From Mustelus asterias (Eukaryota), in assembly GCF_964213995.1 (NCBI RefSeq), contig NW_027590141.1:434001-498000 (forward strand): DNA of 64,000 nucleotides, given 5' to 3'. Numbering within the stretch: the stretch's first letter is position 1; each line of letters starts with the position of its first letter. This document shows positions 49,924 to 62,989 of the stretch, in pieces. The notes beneath the pieces are model-generated. The model had not been told where the DNA came from. It ran no database searches and worked only from the letters and a program-made list of their open reading frames with translations. Position numbers and translations under genes: made by a program.

Positions 49924-50229
49924 CTTCAAAATCTGATGATATTCCATTTACGATAAAATCTGTCTGTCTTAGATCCTGATGCGATGTTTGGTTTCAATTT
50001 CCCAACTCCAAATCCTCTCCTTCTAACATCCTGTGAAATAGATTTAAAACAGCAAAATGGGAGTGAGAGAGAACCCACAAAAACACAAAGGCAGATTGTG
50101 AAATTGAGCGGAATGAATCAATCTGAGGTTGATTGGCCATTTGTGGGGCCGGAACGAGGAAAAGGTGACCATGGGAAACTGCTGGATTGTCATAAAAACC
50201 CAACTGGTTCACCTTTATGGGAGGAGCAA

Positions 50230-51080
50230 AGAGGGAGGGAGAGAGTTTGTGTTTGAGGGAGAGCGCGTGTGTGAGAGGGAGAGTGCGCATGCGAGGGGGA
50301 GAGTGCATGTGAGAGAGCGGGAGAGTGCGTGTGAGACAGCGGGAAAGTGCATGTGAGAGAGGGGGAGAGTGCGTGTGAGAGAGGGGGAGAGTGTGTGTGA
50401 GAGAGAGGGGGAGAGTGCGTGTGAGAGAGGGGGGAGTGCGTGTGAGAGAGCGGGAAAGTGCGTGTGAGAGAGCGGGAAAGTGCGTGTGAGAGAGCGGGAA
50501 AGTGCGTGTGAGAGAGCGGGAAAGTGCGTGTGAGAGAGCGGGAAAGTGCGTGTGAGAGAGCGGGAAAGTGCGTGTGAGAGAGGGGGAGAGTGCGTGTGAG
50601 AGAGGGGGAGAGTGCGTGTGAGAGAGGGGGAGAGTGCGTGTGAGAGAGGGGGAAGTGCGTGTGAGAAAGGGAGAGAGTGCGTATGAGAGAGGGGGAGAGT
50701 GCGTGTGAGAGAGGGGGAGAGTGCGTGTGAGAGAGGGGGAGAGTGCATGTGAGAGAGGGGGAGAGTGCGTGTGAGAGAGGGGGAGAGTGCGTGTGAGAGA
50801 GGGGGAGAGTGCGTGTGAGAGAGGGGGAGAGTGCGTGTGAGAGAGAGAGTGTGCGTGTGTGAGAGAGAGTGTGTATGTGAGGGGGAGAGTGTGTGCACGA
50901 GAGGGAAGGTGTGTGTGTGAGGGAAGGTGTGTGTGAGAGGGAAGGTGTGAGAGAGAGGGAATGTGTGTGAGAGAGGGAAGGTGTATGTGAGAGGGAAGGT
51001 ATGTGTGAGAGTGTGTGATAATGTTTGTGTGAGGGAGAGAGAGTGTGAGAGGGAGAGAGTGGGTGTGTGTGAGAGACAGA
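50230..51080. repeat. Purine-rich 22-bp minisatellite (GAGAGAGGGGGAGAGTGCGTGT / GAGAGAGCGGGAAAGTGCGTGT)
   Basis: Visible tandem units decaying into GA/GT-rich flanks. Confidence 0.95.
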
Positions 51081-51359
51081 CAATAGATAGGCGGCGATAG
51101 AAAGGGATTGAATACATGCACAGCTGGGGTTTTCGCCCCTCCCCCATGGACATTTTGCATTGATCGCTGGCCGTGCTGCTGGGAAACTGCCTCGGGCGGT
51201 CACCATCAGCTGGAATGGAAGATCCCACTGGTGGAAGGGCTGCAAATACAGTCCCGCAACTAAACCACAACTTTAACAGAATCTCCCAACAGACAGAGAA
51301 AAATCTCCTCGTTGAGGAAATCCCCAGAGAGCGGGGATGATGTCACCACACAATGTGAG

Positions 51360-52530
51360 CATGGTACTGTGGTTAGCATTGCTATCTTACAGTGCCAGGG
51401 ACCCGGGTTCGATTCTGGCCTTGGGTGGCAGTCTGTGCGGAATTTGCACATTGTCACCAAGTCTGCCTGGGTTTCCTCCAGGTGCTCTGGTTTCATCCCA
51501 CAGTCCAAAGATGTGCAGGTTAGGGAGATTGGCCATGCTAAACTGACCCTTAGTTTCCAAAGATGTGTAGGTTAGGTGGAGTGGCCATGGTAAAATTGTC
51601 CCCATGTCCCAAGATCTGCAGGTTAGGCAGATTAGCGGGGTAAATATGTGCAGTTCAGAGGGTTGCGCCTGGGGAAGATGCTCTGTCAGAGAGTCAGTGC
51701 AGACTTGATGGGCCGAATGGCCTCCTACTGCACAGACAGGAACACAGAACATCTGGATCTGTGCAAAGCAGTGATCACCACACATTATGGAGAATGTGAG
51801 GCTCCTCGGCAGGGTGCAGAGGAGATTTACCAGAATGGTTCCAGGGATGAGGGATTATAGTTACGATGTTAGGCTGGAGAAACTGGGGTTATTGTCCTTG
51901 GAGCAAAAGAGACTGATAGACCAATCATAAACTTGTACAGCTCTAAGAGAAGGTAGCTAAAGAAAAGCTGTTCCTATCAGCTGATTTGGGTGGCACGGTG
52001 GTACAAGTAAAGTGAAGTTTATTTATTATTCACAAGTAAGGCTTACATTAACAATGCAGTGAAGTTACAGTTAAATTCCCCTAGTCACCACACTCCGGCA
52101 CCTGTTCAGGTCAATGCACCTAACCAGCACGTCTTTCAGACTGTGGGAGGAAACCGGAGCACCCGGGTCCCTGGCGCTGCGAGGTAATAGTGCTAACCAC
52201 TGTGCCACCGTGCCACTAACAGTGGTTAGCACTGCTGCTTCACAGCTCCAGGGACCGGGGTTCGATTCCCGGCTTGGGTCACTGTCTGTGTGGAGTTTGC
52301 ACATTCTCCTTGTGTCTGCATGGGTTTCCTCCGGGTGCTCTGGTTTCCTCCCACAGTCCAAAGATGTGTGGGTTAAGTTGATTGGCCCTTGGTGTCCCCG
52401 GATGCGTAGGTTAGAGGGATTAGCAGGGTAAATAGGTGGGGTTGCAAGGATGGGGCCTGGGTGGAATTGTTGTCGGTGCAGACTCAATGGGCCGAATGTA
52501 CTCCTTCTGCACTGGAGGATTTCTGTGATT
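51360..52530. mobile_element. Cluster of HE1-type SINEs (51360-51735 +, about 52005-52216 -, 52220-52530 +) with a CR1 fragment
   Basis: V cores on both strands; the minus copy splits the head of a plus copy. Confidence 0.75.
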
Positions 52531-52629
52531 GCAAAAGAATTAAGGGGCACAGATTTAAGATTTTGAGCAAAATCTACAGGGCAATATGAGGAAGAAATTT
52601 TACACCATGAGGGGTAATGACTTGGAACT

Positions 52630-52800
52630 CAATGCTTACGTTCAAATGATGACTACATCCAGGTCGTGATGAGTTGAGTAACAATGTCAGTTTTTGATGT
52701 GACGTTTCATTTGAGATTTGTGTCTGCAAATCCTCTTCTAATACCTGAAAATGAAATGTACAAAAGGCATCACTGTCAGTCGAAAAATGAAATTCAATAA
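52630..52800 (-). pseudogene. Orphan ZNF acceptor/leader relic
   Basis: ttttcag|GTATTAGAAGAGGATTTGCAG.. translating VLEEDLQTQISNETSHQKLT. Confidence 0.65.
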
Positions 52801-53174
52801 GAAGTTGTCCAGGACAACTACTCAGGCTCCCTGCTGCACTTTTCCCTTTGTCATTGTCAGCAGTCCCTCGATTCGACGACGATGTCTCCTCAGGGTCGCG
52901 AGTTTCTGCCATGGATCTTCATGTGACTGAACTGAGCCCACAGATCTTCGGGCCAATGGGAAAGACATCCCATGATATTGTGGGATCTGGAAAGCAGAAT
53001 GTATTTTCCTTTCCAAAAGAGGAAATGCTGGAAAATCTCTGCAGGTCTGGCAGCATCTGTAAGGAGAGAAAAGAGCTGACGTTGAGTCCAGATGACCCTT
53101 TGTCAAAGCTATTTCCCTTTCTTTCCTTCTCTGCCACCGCTCTGCCTCATCAATAAGTCATTGGGACTCAGAGG

Positions 53175-53660
53175 GTTGATGCAGTTTGATGGACAAGTTG
53201 TCTCCATTCTGAACAATGGGGAACAAGCCCCTCCCACTCATTGACATCTTTGCCCCCTAAAACGATGGCGGCTGCACATGCATACAGCCCCCAATAAAGA
53301 TGGCGGCCGTGAACGTGGCCCGAACTTGAGGAGCTGCAGGGCCGCTCGGTGCAAGCTGGGTCCGTGAAGCTCTTTACCGAGGTTCGCGGCTGACACAACC
53401 TGCTTACGCAGCGTTTCCGTCCACCCGCGAGATCCCTCGCCCCCTCCGTACCGTCAATCACCTCTGACTTATTTCCGAGCCGGAAAAACAGCCCTTCTCC
53501 GTCGCCATTACCCACACTGCGCATGCTCCAGTCAAAGCGGGCCCCGCCCTCATTCGCTCCTATTGGTTGGAGGACCAGCCTCCCCGCTCGGACCTCCAAC
53601 CCCGCCCCTCCTTTTCCCATTGGTCCGCGCTGCAGTCAATCAGCCGGGCATTGTGACAGT
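53175..53660 (-). promoter_or_regulatory. ZNF promoter module with putative exon 1 (donor at 53461)
   Basis: Inverted homolog of 2297-2800, including CCAAT, GC, NRF1-like and YY1-like sites. Confidence 0.7.
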
Positions 53661-53700
53661 AACTTGCTGCTTGAGCAATGATCACAGTGACAAGAGTCTC

Positions 53701-53868
53701 AGTGTAACAATGAGACACACAGGCTCCAATACAATCAGAGTGGGGATGGAGCACAGAGACAACACAGCAAAGCACTGACTTACTCTGAGTGCAACAATGA
53801 CACACACAGGCTCCAATACAATCAGAGTGGGGATGGAGCACAGAGACAACACAGCAAAGCACTGACTT
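53701..53868. repeat. 87-bp tandem duplication
   Basis: 53701-53781 repeated at 53788-53868. Confidence 0.9.
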
Positions 53869-53928
53869 CAAAACAGAAAATGCTGCAAAACCTCAGCAGG
53901 TCTGACAAGCAACTGTGGAGAGAGATTC

Positions 53929-54748
53929 CATGATGTGGAGATGCTGGCGTTCGACTGGGGTAAGCCCAGTAAGAAGTCTCACAACACCAGGTTAAAGTCC
54001 AACAGGTTTATTTGGTAGCACAAGCCATAAGCTTTCGGAGCGCTGCCCCTTCATCAGGTGAGTGGGAGTTCTGTTCACAAACAGGGCATATAAAGATACA
54101 AACCCAATTTACAAAATAATGGTTGGAATGCAAGTCTTTACAGGTAATCAAGTCTTAAAGGTACAGACAACGTGAGTGGAGGGAGCATTAAGCACAGGTC
54201 AAAGAGATGTGTATTGTCTCCAGCCAGGACAGTAAGTGAGATTTTGCAAGTCCAGGCAAGTTGTGGGGGTTACAGATAGTGTGACATGAACCCAAGATCC
54301 CGGTTGAGGCCGTCCTCATGTGTGCGGAACTTGGCTATCAGTCTCTGTTCAACGACTCTGCGTTGTTGTGTGTCGTGAAGGCCGCCTTGGAGAACGCTTA
54401 CCCGAAGATCAGAGGCCGAATGCCTGTGACCGTTGAAGTGTTCCCCAACAGGGAGAGAACACTCTTGCCTGGTGATTGTCGAGCGCTGTTCATTCATCCG
54501 TGGTCGTCTCGTCTGCATAGTCTCCCCAATGTACCGTGCCTCAGGACATCCTTTCCTGCAACGTATCAGGCAGACAACGTTGGCTGAGTTGCAAGTGTAT
54601 GTACCGTGTACCTGGTAGATGGTGTTCTCACGTGAGATGATGGCATCCGTGTTGATGATCCGGCATGTCTTGCAGAGGTTGCTGTGGCAGGGTTGTGTGG
54701 TGTCGTGGTCACTGTTCTCCTGAAGGGTGGGGAGTTTGTGAGACTTAC
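53929..54748 (-). mobile_element. Penelope (Neptune) 3' fragment with hammerhead (about 54026-54060), inserted into a second-family pLTR
   Basis: PCHSNLCKTC..YIGET ORF; cac CTGATGA a ggggc agc gctcc GAAA GC TT; TSD agagagattc 53919-53928 / 54749-54758. Confidence 0.92.
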
Positions 54749-54914
54749 AGAGAGATTCTAGCCAACATTTCGAGTCTGGATGACCCTTCGTCATGGATTG
54801 GCTTGATTTACTTACTCTGGATGTAACAAACAGTGTTTATTCCAAATATAAGTCAGGCTGCAGTGTGTTAGTGAACACAGTATTGGATCCAATGTAATGA
54901 TAGGACAGACGGTA

Positions 54915-55210
54915 TAGAATCCCTACAGTGCAGAAGGAGGTCACTGAGCCTATACCGACAACGATCTCACCCCCAGCCCTATCCCTGTAACCCATGTAGT
55001 TATCCTGCTTATCCCCGACACTAAGGGCCAATTTAGCATGGCCAATCTATCTAATCTGCACAGTTTTGGAGTGTGAGAGGAAACAAGAGCACCCGGAGGA
55101 AACCCACACAGACACAGGGAGAATGTGCAGACTCCACACAGTCAGCTGAGGCATGAATTGAACCCGGGTTCCTGGCACTGTGAGGCAGCAATGTTAACCA
55201 CTGTGCTGCC
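54915..55210 (-). mobile_element. HE1-type V-SINE
   Basis: Reverse-strand tRNA head and V core. Confidence 0.8.
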
Positions 55211-56749
55211 AGGCTGCCTGTGTTTTGAGAAATCTCATTAAAATCTGGAACTCAGATGGGGATATGGGTTGGTGTTTGGTGGCAGTCAGATTTACAGAAT
55301 TTCAGAATGGATTCCTGTAATAGCAGCAATCCAATTGCTATATGTTGGTAAGACTGAGGGAAGTATTTAAAGTGGAGACCATCGGTGTGTTCAAGGGTAA
55401 GGATGGAATTTATGAACTGAGAAAATATTGAGAGCAAAGAAATCAATCTCGAAAATTGTAGTCACTTCACGTTGTTCCAGGAGAAGTGGCGTCTGGTTGT
55501 GGAGATGTCAGGTTTTACACAGCACATGGTCATTCTGAATGGAGAATCTCTGAGTTGTACAATTCACATCATTCAGGAGCCAGATTGTCTGCTCAGAAAG
55601 AGGAAGGTTTCTGTGACACCAATGAAAAGCAACAGACACACTCACAGACACCCTCACACACAGAGTCTCACACCCTGCAAATTATCTCCTGTCACTTTAT
55701 TGTTTTTAGTCGTTTTGAAATAAATCCTGAATGAACTATAAAATCATTCATAAGTACTTGTTGAGATTCCCCTGAAAGACATCTGTACTGTTAATTTCAC
55801 TCCCTGTAGTTGTGATTTCCATATTCTCGCCACTCTTTGTGTAGAGAAATTTATCCTGGATTTCCTATTGGATTTCTTAGTGACTGTTTCATATTGATTG
55901 TCTCCAGTTTCCCAGTAACTTCATTGCAGTGTTAATCTAAGCCTACTTGTGACTAATAAATAAACTTTACTTTTTGCTTTTCCCCTCAAGAGGAAACACT
56001 ATTTCTGTATCTAAATCCTTTATAATTTTGAGGACCTCTGCTCAGGTTACCCCTCAGCCTTCATTTCTCAAGAAAGAAGAACTAGCCTGTCAATCCTTTC
56101 CTGATAAAAAAACACACATTTTGAAAATCATTTATGGGATGTGGGCATTGCTGGCTTGGCCAGCATTTATGGCTAATCCCTGATTGCCCTTGAGAAGGTG
56201 GTGGTGAGCTGCCTTCTACATTAAAATCTCATCATTAAAATCTTCTCTGCGCCCTCTCCAGTGCCTGGATATTTTTTAATAATACGGTGACTAGAATGGT
56301 ATGCAGTGGTCAGTAAGATTCTTGATCAGAGAGTCACAGATTTTCCAAAAGTGGTTTGAGTTTATCCATGGTTTTAAATTAGATTCTTAGGAAGCAACAA
56401 TTTAAAAATGATGTATAATAAACAAGGGAAAAAAAACAAGACCCATGGCAGGTGAGTAACCGAGGCCCCAGCACTGATCCTGCGTTACCCAAATAGTCAC
56501 TGCCTGCCAGTTGGAAAAAGACCCGTTTAATCCTACTCTTTGTCTCCTGTCTGCCAATCAGTTTTCTACCCATCTCAGTACAACAGCCCCAATCCCATGT
56601 GCTTTACTTTTTGTGAAGAAGTTGCCGAGTTGGCGGATGATGGGAATCGGGTTCACATTATCTATCTCAGGGCATAATCATCAACAACTTGTGTTTACAC
56701 AGAGTGTTGTGGGGCTGGAGGAGGTTACTGAGATACTGAGGAACTTTTT

Positions 56750-57100
56750 TAAGTTCATTTTTACGGAATGTAGGCGTCACTGGCTGGGCCAGCATTTCTT
56801 TCCCATCCCTATCTGCCCTCCATTTCAGAGGGCATTTGAGAGTCAACCACATTGCTGGTCTGGAGTCACATGTAGGCCAGACCAAGTAAGGACGGCAGGT
56901 TTCCTTTTCCAAAGGACGTTACTGAATCAAATGGGTTTTTACGACAATTGATTAAAGGTTGAGGTTTGTCATTAGACTTTTAATTGAAGATTTTAATTGA
57001 ATACAAATTTCACCATCGACTGTGGTGGGATTCGAACCTGGGTCCCCAGAGCCTTACCCTGAGTCCAGTGATAATTCCACTGTGCCGCTGCCTCCCCTAT
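56750..57100 (-). mobile_element. SacSINE1/Deu-like SINE, near full length
   Basis: ggggaggcagcggcacagtgg head, ggttcgaatcc B box, shared tail. Confidence 0.75.
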
Positions 57101-57159
57101 TCATCCAATTGTTATTGTTTATCTCAGGGCGCAGAAACAACAGAATCCAACGTTGCCGG

Positions 57160-58365
57160 TCACACATGAAGTCGTCTATGTTTCAGCAGGCTGTAATACT
57201 GATTAAATCCCTTCCCACACATGGAGCAGTTGAAAGGTTTTGCCCCAGTGTGAACTCGCTGGTGTCTCTGCAGGCGGGATGGATCAGTGAATCCCTTCCC
57301 ACACAGGGAGCAGGTGAACGGTTCTGTCGCAGTGTGAGCTCGCTGGTGTTTCAGCATATAGGATGAATCAGTGAATCCCTTCCCACACACAGAGCAGGTG
57401 AACGGCTTCTCCCCAGTGTGAATGCGTTGGTGTCTCAGCAGGCCAGACGACTGAGCGAATCCCTTTCCACACACAGAGCACAGGAACGGCCTCTCCCCGG
57501 TGTGAATGCGTTTGTGTTTCAGCAGATCATCACTTCTTTTAAAGGTCTTATTGCATTCTGAGCATTGAAAAGGTCTCTTATCAGAGTGAATGTGTTGGTG
57601 TTGATTGCAGTAGGAAAACTGAGCAAATCTTTTGCCGCAAATGGAGCAGGAGAACGGCTTCTCCCCTGTGTGAATGCGGCGGTGTCTCCGGAGGCTGGAT
57701 GACTCCATGAAAGCCTTCCCACACACGGAGCAGATGAATGCCTTCTCCCCGGTGTGAATAGGCCGGTGACTCAGCAGATGCTGCAAACAAGTAAATGTTT
57801 TCCCACAAACAGGGCAAACGTATGGCCTCTCCCCAGTGTGAGTGCCCTGGTGTCTCAGCAGACTAATCCTTCTTTTGAAGGTCTTCTCACATTTAAAGCA
57901 TTTAAAATGTCTCTTCTGAAAATGAACCTGTTGGTGAACGGTGCAGTGGGAGGACTGAGTGAATCTCTTCCCACACTGGGAGCAGCTGAATGGCCTGTCC
58001 TTGGTGTGAACTTGTTGGTGCTCAGTGAGATGCACTGAGTCGCTGAACGACTCTCCACACTGAGTGCAGCTGAACGGTCTCTCGTGTGTGTGAAGGAGCT
58101 GGTGCTCTGCAAGGCGGGAGGACTGGCTGAACCTCTTCCCGCAGTGGGAGCAGCTGAACGGTCTCTCGTCAGTGTGAAGGAGCTGGTGTTGGGCCAGTTC
58201 CTCAGAGGTTTCAATGCTTTCCCCAGAGTCAGAGCTTTGAAGAGGCTTCTGAATAATGTGATCGAGTTGGTGAGCCAGCAGGTTGGACGAACACATGAAT
58301 TTCTTCCCACACATGGAGCAGGTGAACGGACTCTCACTGTTGCGAGTTCGCTGTCGTGTCAGCAT
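57160..58365 (-). CDS. C2H2 zinc-finger protein, 13 intact fingers plus degenerate N-terminal fingers (ZNF-F)
   Basis: Open frame 58431-57160; first ATG at 58365; acceptor ttttgcag|G at 58548. Confidence 0.85.
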   Translation of the reverse strand: MLTRQRTRNSESPFTCSMCGKKFMCSSNLLAHQLDHIIQKPLQSSDSGESIETSEELAQHQLLHTDERPFSCSHCGKRFSQSSRLAEHQLLHTHERPFSCTQCGESFSDSVHLTEHQQVHTKDRPFSCSQCGKRFTQSSHCTVHQQVHFQKRHFKCFKCEKTFKRRISLLRHQGTHTGERPYVCPVCGKTFTCLQHLLSHRPIHTGEKAFICSVCGKAFMESSSLRRHRRIHTGEKPFSCSICGKRFAQFSYCNQHQHIHSDKRPFQCSECNKTFKRSDDLLKHKRIHTGERPFLCSVCGKGFAQSSGLLRHQRIHTGEKPFTCSVCGKGFTDSSYMLKHQRAHTATEPFTCSLCGKGFTDPSRLQRHQRVHTGAKPFNCSMCGKGFNQYYSLLKHRRLHV

Positions 58366-58582
58366 GTTTTCCAGCTGTATCAATCCCTCCCCACAGGAGG
58401 AGCAAGGAAACAGATTCTCACCAGTTTCCAACTGAGATGGTCAATTAAATCCCTTCAGATGCACAAATCTTCACATCCCAATGAATTGATTGACTCTGTC
58501 TGACATGAGATTTGATTGTCCAGACTGCAAATCCTCCTCTTCTATTTCCTGCAAAATAAGTTTACAAAGAATTACGTCGCTA

Positions 58583-59010
58583 GCACGGTGGCACAGTGGT
58601 TATTACTCCTGCCTCACAGCGCCAGGGACCTGGGTTCGATTCCGGCCTTGGTTACCTGTCTGTGTGGAGTTTACACAGTAAGGAGTCTAACAACACCAGG
58701 TTAAAGTCCAACAGGTTTATTTGGTAGCAAACGCCACTTGCTTTCGGAGCGCTGCTGTGTGGAGTTTGCACATTCTCTACTTGTCTGCGTGGGTTTCCTC
58801 CGGGTGCTCCAGTTTTCTCCCACAGTCCAAAGATATTCAGGTTAGGTGGATTTCATGCTAAATTATCCATTTTTCCCCCAGGATGTGTAGGTTAGGGAGA
58901 TTAGTGGGGTAAATAAGTTGGGTTATGTTGTTGGGGCCTTGGTGGGATGCTCTGTCAGAGAGTTGACTTGATGGGCCAAATAGCCTCCTTCCGAACTGTG
59001 GAATTCTATG
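58583..59010 (+). mobile_element. HE1-type V-SINE containing a 77-bp Penelope pLTR fragment (58678-58754)
   Basis: TSD ctgtgtggagttt(a/g)caca 58660-58677 / 58755-58772. Confidence 0.85.
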
Positions 59011-59014
59011 AATA

Positions 59015-59197
59015 TATCTGTCCTGGACTGACAGTGATGACTTTTGTAAACTCCCTTTGCAGGATAATGGAAAGGAGGATTTACAGCAAGAAAACACAAA
59101 CCAAACATCACGTTGAGATCTGACAGTCACTCGGATCATTAGGAGCTGATTGTTATTGTCTTTGAACAGGGAAGGAGAATTGTTTGTTCTGTCTGTG
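59015..59197 (+). pseudogene. Orphan ZNF acceptor/leader relic
   Basis: ctgacagtgatgacttttgtaaactccctttgcag|GATAATGGAAAGGAGGATTTACAG. Confidence 0.7.
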
Positions 59198-59956
59198 ACA
59201 ATACACAAACAGGCCATTCGGTTTATCGAGTCTGTACTGGAGTTTATCCTCCACATGAGTCTCCTCTCATTCTGATCACCACATCTCAGCTTTTCAGTTG
59301 ATTTTTCCAATCCCTTTTCTCTCATAAGCTCATATATTTTCCTTTTGAAAGCATCTAAAGTATTTGTGTCAACCACTTCCAGTCGCAGTGAGTTCCATAT
59401 TCTAACAACTGTCTGAAGAAAGAAACATCTCCTATTTTCCTGTTTGATTTATTTGTTGTCTGTTCATGGTTCCCAGTAATGGAAAAACCAACAAGTGGAA
59501 ACATTCCATTCACATCTACCTACTTATCCCATTCAGAAAGCCCGTATCAGAAGAGACAACATTTTTCTCTTGGTTTGAGCTTGTTGTGTGTAAATCCTCA
59601 ATTTCTAACCCTCTGTAACAAAAAATATCCAAAATCCATCACGATCGAAAATCTAGGTACAAGTAATTCAGAAAGCTATTATTTGTTATGAGGGGAATGG
59701 AGTAAAAGCAGGGAAGTTATGTTTCAGTTGCACACGGTGAGTCTGTATCTGGAGCAATGTCTACATTATCGATTTCCTTATTTAAGGAAAAATATAAATG
59801 CATTAGAAGTTCATAGAAGGTTTAGTCGACTAACACCTGGAATAGGTGGATAGTCTGATGAGGAGCAGTGAGACAGTCTCTGCTCGAGTTTAAAAGAGTA
59901 AGAGGCAACTTAATTTAAACCTTTCAGATCCTGAAAGGTCTTGGATGTGGAGAGGA

Positions 59957-61290
59957 GTCATCGAGGTTTATAGCATGGAAACAGGCCTTCAGCCCAACTT
60001 GTCCATGCTGCCCCTTTTTTAACCCCAAAACTAGTCCCAATTGCCCGCATTTGGCCCATATCCCTCTATACCCATCATACCCATGTAACTATCTAAATGC
60101 TTTTCAAAAGACAAAATTGTACCCGCCTCTACTACTACCTCTGGCAGTTTGCTCAAGACACTCCCCACCCTCTGTATGAAAATATTGCCCCTCTGGACCC
60201 TTTGTATCTCTCTCTTCTCACCTGAAATCTATGCCCTCTAGTTTTAGACTCCCCTACCTTTGCAAAAAGATATTGACTATCTAGCTGATCTATGCCCCTA
60301 TTATTTTATAGACTGCTATAAGATCACCCCTATGCCTCCTGCGCTCCAGAAAAAAAATTCCCAGTCTATCCAGTCTCTCCTTATAACCATCAAATCCCAG
60401 TAGCATCCTCGTAAATCTTTTCCGCACTCTTTCTTGTTTAATAACAACCTTTCTATAATAGGGTGACCAGAACTGCACACAGTATTCCAAGTGTGGCCTT
60501 ACACAAGTCTTGTACAACTTCAACAAGACGTCCCAACTCCTGTATTTAATGTTCTGACCAATGAAACCAAGCATGCCGAATGCCTTCTTCACCACTCTAC
60601 CTATGAACCTGTACCCCGAGATCTCCTTGTTCTGTAACTCTCCCCAATGCCCTACCATTAACTGAGTAAGTCCTGTCCTGGTTCAATCTACCAAAATGCA
60701 TCACCTCGCATTTATCAAAATTAAACTCCATCTGCCATTCACCAGCCCACTGGCCCAATTGATCAAGATCCCGATGCAATCCTAGGTAACCTTCTTCACT
60801 GTCCACTATGCCACCAATCCTGGTGTCATCTGCAAAGTTACTAACCATACTGCAAACTTACTAACCATGCCTACTAAATTCTCATCCACATCATGAATAT
60901 AAATGACAAATAACAGTGGACCCAACACCGATCCCTGAGGCACACGGCTGGTCACGGGCCTCCAGTTTGAAAAACAACCATCTACAACCACCCTCTGTCT
61001 TCTGTCATCAAGCCAGTTTTGTACCTATTTGGCTACCTCATCCTGGATCCCGTGAGATTACCCTTATGCAACAACTTACCATTTGATACCTTGTCAAAGG
61101 CCTTGCTAAAGTCCATGTAAAGAACATTAACTGCACTGCCCTCATCTAACTTCTTGGTTACCCATTCAAAAAACTCAATCAAATTTGTGAGACATGATTT
61201 TCCACTCCAAAGCCATGCTGACTGTTTCTAATCAGTCCTTGCCTCTCTGCATGCCTGTAGATCCTGTCTCTCAAAATACCTTCCAACAAC
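59957..61290 (-). mobile_element. CR1 LINE RT and 3' end
   Basis: VPQGSVLGPLLFVIYI, NFADDT, RPHLEYCVQFWSP. Confidence 0.9.
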
Positions 61291-61815
61291 TTGTTGGAAG
61301 TGTTGTTTACTCTTATGGGAGAATCTCGGGGTCACTGTTTAAACAAGTGTTGCGCATAGAGACAGCGAATCTTTGGATCTCCATTCCTCAAAAGTAGATA
61401 TATATCTCTTGGGGCTAAAGGGATATTATGGGGGGATGGGTGGGACAAGGGTATTGAATTTGAGGATCAGCCATGACCATAATGAATGGCAGGGAACATT
61501 CAAAGGGCTGAATGGTCTACTTCCGCTTCTATTTTCTATGCATGTTTCTATGTAAACATGAGGAGCTTGGGGCTGAAGTGTAACCAAAAGGCCATACGAC
61601 ATAGGAGCAGAATTAGGTGACTCGGCCCATCGAGGCTGCTTCACCATTCAGTCATGGGCTGATATTTTTCTCATCCCCATTCTCCTACCTTTTCCCCATA
61701 ACCCCTGATCCACTTATTAATCAAGAACCTATCTATCTCTGTCTTAAAGACACTCAATGACCTGGCCTCCACAGCCTTCTGTGGCAAAGAGTTCCACAGA
61801 TTCACCACTCTCTGG

Positions 61816-62630
61816 TGGGCCAGTGGGCTGACGAATGGCAGATGGAGTATAATTTCGACAAATGCGAAGTGATGCATTTTGGTAGATTGAACCAGGACAG
61901 GACTTACTCAGTTAATGGTAGGGCGTTGGGGAGAGTTACAGAACAAAGAGATCTAGGGGTACATATTCATAGCTCCTTGAAAGTGGAGTCACAGGTGGAC
62001 AGAGTGGTGAAGAAGGCACTCAGCATGCTTGGTTTCATCGGTTAGAACATTGAATACAGGAGTTGGAATGTCTTGTTGAAGTTGTACAAGACATTGGTAA
62101 GGCCACACTTGGAATACTGTGTGCAATTCTGGTCACCCTATTATAGAAAGGATAGTATTAAACTAAAAAGAGTGCAGAAAAGATTTAGTAGGATGCTACC
62201 GGGACTTGATGGATTGAGTATAAGGAGAGGCTGAATGGACTGGAACTTTTTTCTCTGGAGCGTAGGAGGCTGAGGGGTGATCTTATAGAAGACTATAAAA
62301 TAATGAGGGGCATAGACAAGGTAGATAGTCAATATCTTTTCCCAAAGGTAGGGGAGTCTAAAACAAGAGGGCACAGGTTTAAGGTGAGAGATACAAAAGT
62401 GTCCAGAGGGGCAATTTGTTCACACAGAGGGTGGTGAGTGTCTGGAACAAGCTGTGGGTACAATTGTATCTTTTAAAAAGCATTTAGATAGTTACATGGG
62501 TACGATGGGAATAGAGGGATATGGGCCAAATGTAGGCAATTGGGATTCGCTTCAGGGGTTTTAAAAAAAAGGGCGGCATGGACAAGTTGGGCCGAAGGGC
62601 CTGTTTCCATGCTGTAAACCTCAATGACTC
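61816..62630 (+). mobile_element. CR1 3' portion nested in another CR1 3' end (61595-61815 and 62631-62815, -)
   Basis: WADEWQMEYNFDKCEVMHFG; ctctgg repeated at both junctions. Confidence 0.88.
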
Positions 62631-62989
62631 TGGCTGAAGAAATTCTTCCTCATCTCTGTTTTAAAGGATCATCCCTTTAGTCTGAGGTTGTGCCCTCTGG
62701 TTCTAGTTTTTCCTACTAGTGGAAACATCCTCTCCACGTCCACTCTGTCCAGGCCTCGCCGTATCCTGTAAGTTTCAATAAATTCCTCCTCAACCTTCTA
62801 AACTCCAACAAGTACAAAAGCCGTGTAACCGCTTCAGGTAAGTATTCCGGGATGCAACCTCTCATACTGAATATGTACATGACCCATTAACTTCTCTCGG
62901 CTGCAAACGTGAGGTGCAGCCTGGGAGTGGGTGAAGCTGTTTGAAAATCTGATGCTCAAATTTAGTCATTTTTCCGAGCACTAGGACCC

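Noticed and set aside
49994-51270. Three long overlapping ORFs of 351-388 aa (S/H/T/L/P-rich)
   Set aside because: Stop-free translation of the 22-bp minisatellite in all three frames
53701-53868. 87-bp duplication as a functional element
   Set aside because: Two copies only and no recognisable motif; ordinary local duplication
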